Origin: Candidatus Poribacteria bacterium
GTDB taxonomy: Bacteria > Poribacteria > WGA-4E > WGA-3G
Reading direction: 5' to 3'
DNA length: 64,000 bases
Assembly: GCA_965215265.1 (NCBI GenBank)
Contig: OZ244048.1
Coordinates: 4,480,001 to 4,544,000 of the forward strand
This document shows positions 62,447 to 64,000 of this stretch, in pieces. Below the pieces are notes generated by a model, which was given only the letters and a program-made list of their open reading frames with translations, had not been told where the DNA came from and made no database searches. A program made the translations under genes and the position numbers. The stretch's first letter is position 1. Each line of letters opens with the position of its first letter.

Positions 62447-63004
62447 ATGGCAGCTCTTAATGATTTAAAGAATGGATTAGTTATCCGACTCAACGATACA
62501 ATCTACACGATTGTAGATTGTCAACATGTCAAACCGGGTAAAGGCGGTGCGTTCGCCCGGACGAAAATTAAGCGCGTAAGCGATGGTGCTGTGCTAGACC
62601 GGACCTTCCGAACAAACGAGACTGTTGAAACCGTCCGACTTCTTGACCACGAAATGCAATATCTATACAGTGACGGCGACGCATTCTACTTTATGGACAA
62701 CGAAACTTTTGAACAGTATATCCTCAGCGCCGACCTCATCGGCGACGGATTGAAATTCTTAAAAGAAGGCGAGAGCGTTACCGTCAAAATGGAAGGAACC
62801 ATGCCAATAGCACTTGAATTGCCGACGTTCGTCGTACTTAAAATCGTCGAGACTGATCCCGGATTACGTGGGGATACAGTAAGCGGCGGCTCCAAACGCG
62901 CTACACTTGAAACCGGCGCCGTCGTTAACGTACCGCTCTTCGTTCAAAACGAAACTGACATCAAAGTTGACACACGCACTGGAAAATATGTCGAAAGGGT
63001 TTAG
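62447..63004 (+). CDS. efp: Elongation factor P
   Basis: HVKPGKGGAF, PGLRGDT and KVDTRTGKYVER motifs. Confidence 0.97.
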   Translation: MAALNDLKNGLVIRLNDTIYTIVDCQHVKPGKGGAFARTKIKRVSDGAVLDRTFRTNETVETVRLLDHEMQYLYSDGDAFYFMDNETFEQYILSADLIGDGLKFLKEGESVTVKMEGTMPIALELPTFVVLKIVETDPGLRGDTVSGGSKRATLETGAVVNVPLFVQNETDIKVDTRTGKYVERV

Positions 63005-63070
63005 AAATGAACAGAAAGAGAAAAAGTCTGGCAGAGGCGGCACCCCCTACGCAAGCACGCGATAAACCTT

Positions 63071-63204
63071 ATTTCGTCTACTGCAGCACGTTTTCGCCTA
63101 CAGTAGCACATCAACGCCCGATGTTCTGTTAGAGAAACATAAGGCGTTGACGTGCTGAAATATACAAAAAAACATCAGCCGTTGGAGGGCTGAAATATAC
63201 AAAA
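63071..63204. repeat. Repeat cluster upstream of accB
   Basis: TTTCGTCTACTGCAGCACG…GCTGAAATATACAAAA twice. Confidence 0.8.
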
Positions 63205-63660
63205 ATGGACGAGCTCCTCAAACTTGTTGTACAACTCGCGAACATTGCTGAAGAAAAAGAACTCACGGAAGTTCGCATCCGAGATGGAGAAATCGAAGTA
63301 CAAGTATCCAGGCAGAAATCGCAAGGTCCCGGAACCGGCACTGGGCATTTCCTGCCAGCGTCTCCCACAGAAGTGACACCAACTCCTATGGACTCCAGCG
63401 ATGCGAATCAATTTCCTGACTCTGAATTGATTAACGCGCCTATGCCGTCACGATTCTATCGCTCCCCAGCACCTGAAGAACCAGCGTTTGTTCAAGTAGG
63501 CGATACGGTAAATGCCGGAGATACTATAGCAATCCTCGAAGTCATGAAAACTTACAACCCGGTTGAAACGTCTTTCAACTGTGAGATACTCGACATACTT
63601 GCTGAGGATGGTGACGCTGTTGAATACGGGCAACCGTTGTTCCGCGTCCGTAGATGCTAG
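63205..63660 (+). CDS. accB: Biotin carboxyl carrier protein
   Basis: FYRSPAP, EVMK biotinylation motif, VEYGQPLF. Confidence 0.93.
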   Translation: MDELLKLVVQLANIAEEKELTEVRIRDGEIEVQVSRQKSQGPGTGTGHFLPASPTEVTPTPMDSSDANQFPDSELINAPMPSRFYRSPAPEEPAFVQVGDTVNAGDTIAILEVMKTYNPVETSFNCEILDILAEDGDAVEYGQPLFRVRRC

Positions 63661-63681
63661 GTAATTCTTCGTGAGGAAAAT

Positions 63682-64000
63682 ATGTTCCAAAAAATACTCA
63701 TAGCCAATAGAGGCGAAATAGCTGTCCGCATTATCCGTGCATGTAAGGACATGGGAATTAAAACGGTAGCAATCTTTTCTACTGCTGATGCAGATGCACT
63801 GCACGTTGAGAATGCTGACGAAGCCTACTGTATCGGACCGCCGCCGTCAACAGAGAGCTATCTTAAATATGCCAATATTATTGCTGTGGCAGATTTCGCG
63901 AATGTGGATGCCATCCATCCGGGGGCAGGATTCCTCTCCGAGGACGCGCAATTCGCCGAAATTTGTGAAGCACATGAGATCCGGTTTATCGGTCCCTCTG
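63682..64000 (+). CDS. accC: Biotin carboxylase, 3'-truncated by window edge
   Basis: [21 protein letters not shown]…DAIHPG. Confidence 0.95.
   Translation, partial: MFQKILIANRGEIAVRIIRACKDMGIKTVAIFSTADADALHVENADEAYCIGPPPSTESYLKYANIIAVADFANVDAIHPGAGFLSEDAQFAEICEAHEIRFIGPS

Overview
This 64-kb window is bacterial. Its gene content (PhyH dioxygenases, TPR and FG-GAP proteins, a LamG protein with a 'GKLxxTWGxLK' tail) suggests Candidatus Poribacteria, though that is inference. Most of it is housekeeping or metabolic: mtnA, rbsK, birA, trpCD, ilvBNC under a T-box riboswitch, sodA, an RsbW/RsbV/RsbU-like module, rph, rdgB, efp and accBC. Two features stand out. (1) A decaying accessory island at ~7.7-21.8 kb is built from repeated cassettes. 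Each has a sigma54-type -24/-12 promoter with a conserved leader, small secreted Cys-containing proteins each followed by a hairpin, and a membrane-anchored acidic partner. The island also carries an STT3/PglB-like oligosaccharyltransferase and a divergent sigma54 activator with no sensor domain, and its paralogs show domain swapping. (2) A dense family of modular palindromic repeats fills almost every intergenic space at 26-45 kb and 53-63 kb. It supplies RBS context and stop codons to neighbouring genes, splits a methyltransferase-nuclease fusion, and is inserted in frame in an RsbU-like phosphatase. All calls come from reading sequence and motifs by eye; no database searches were run, and repeat boundaries are approximate.
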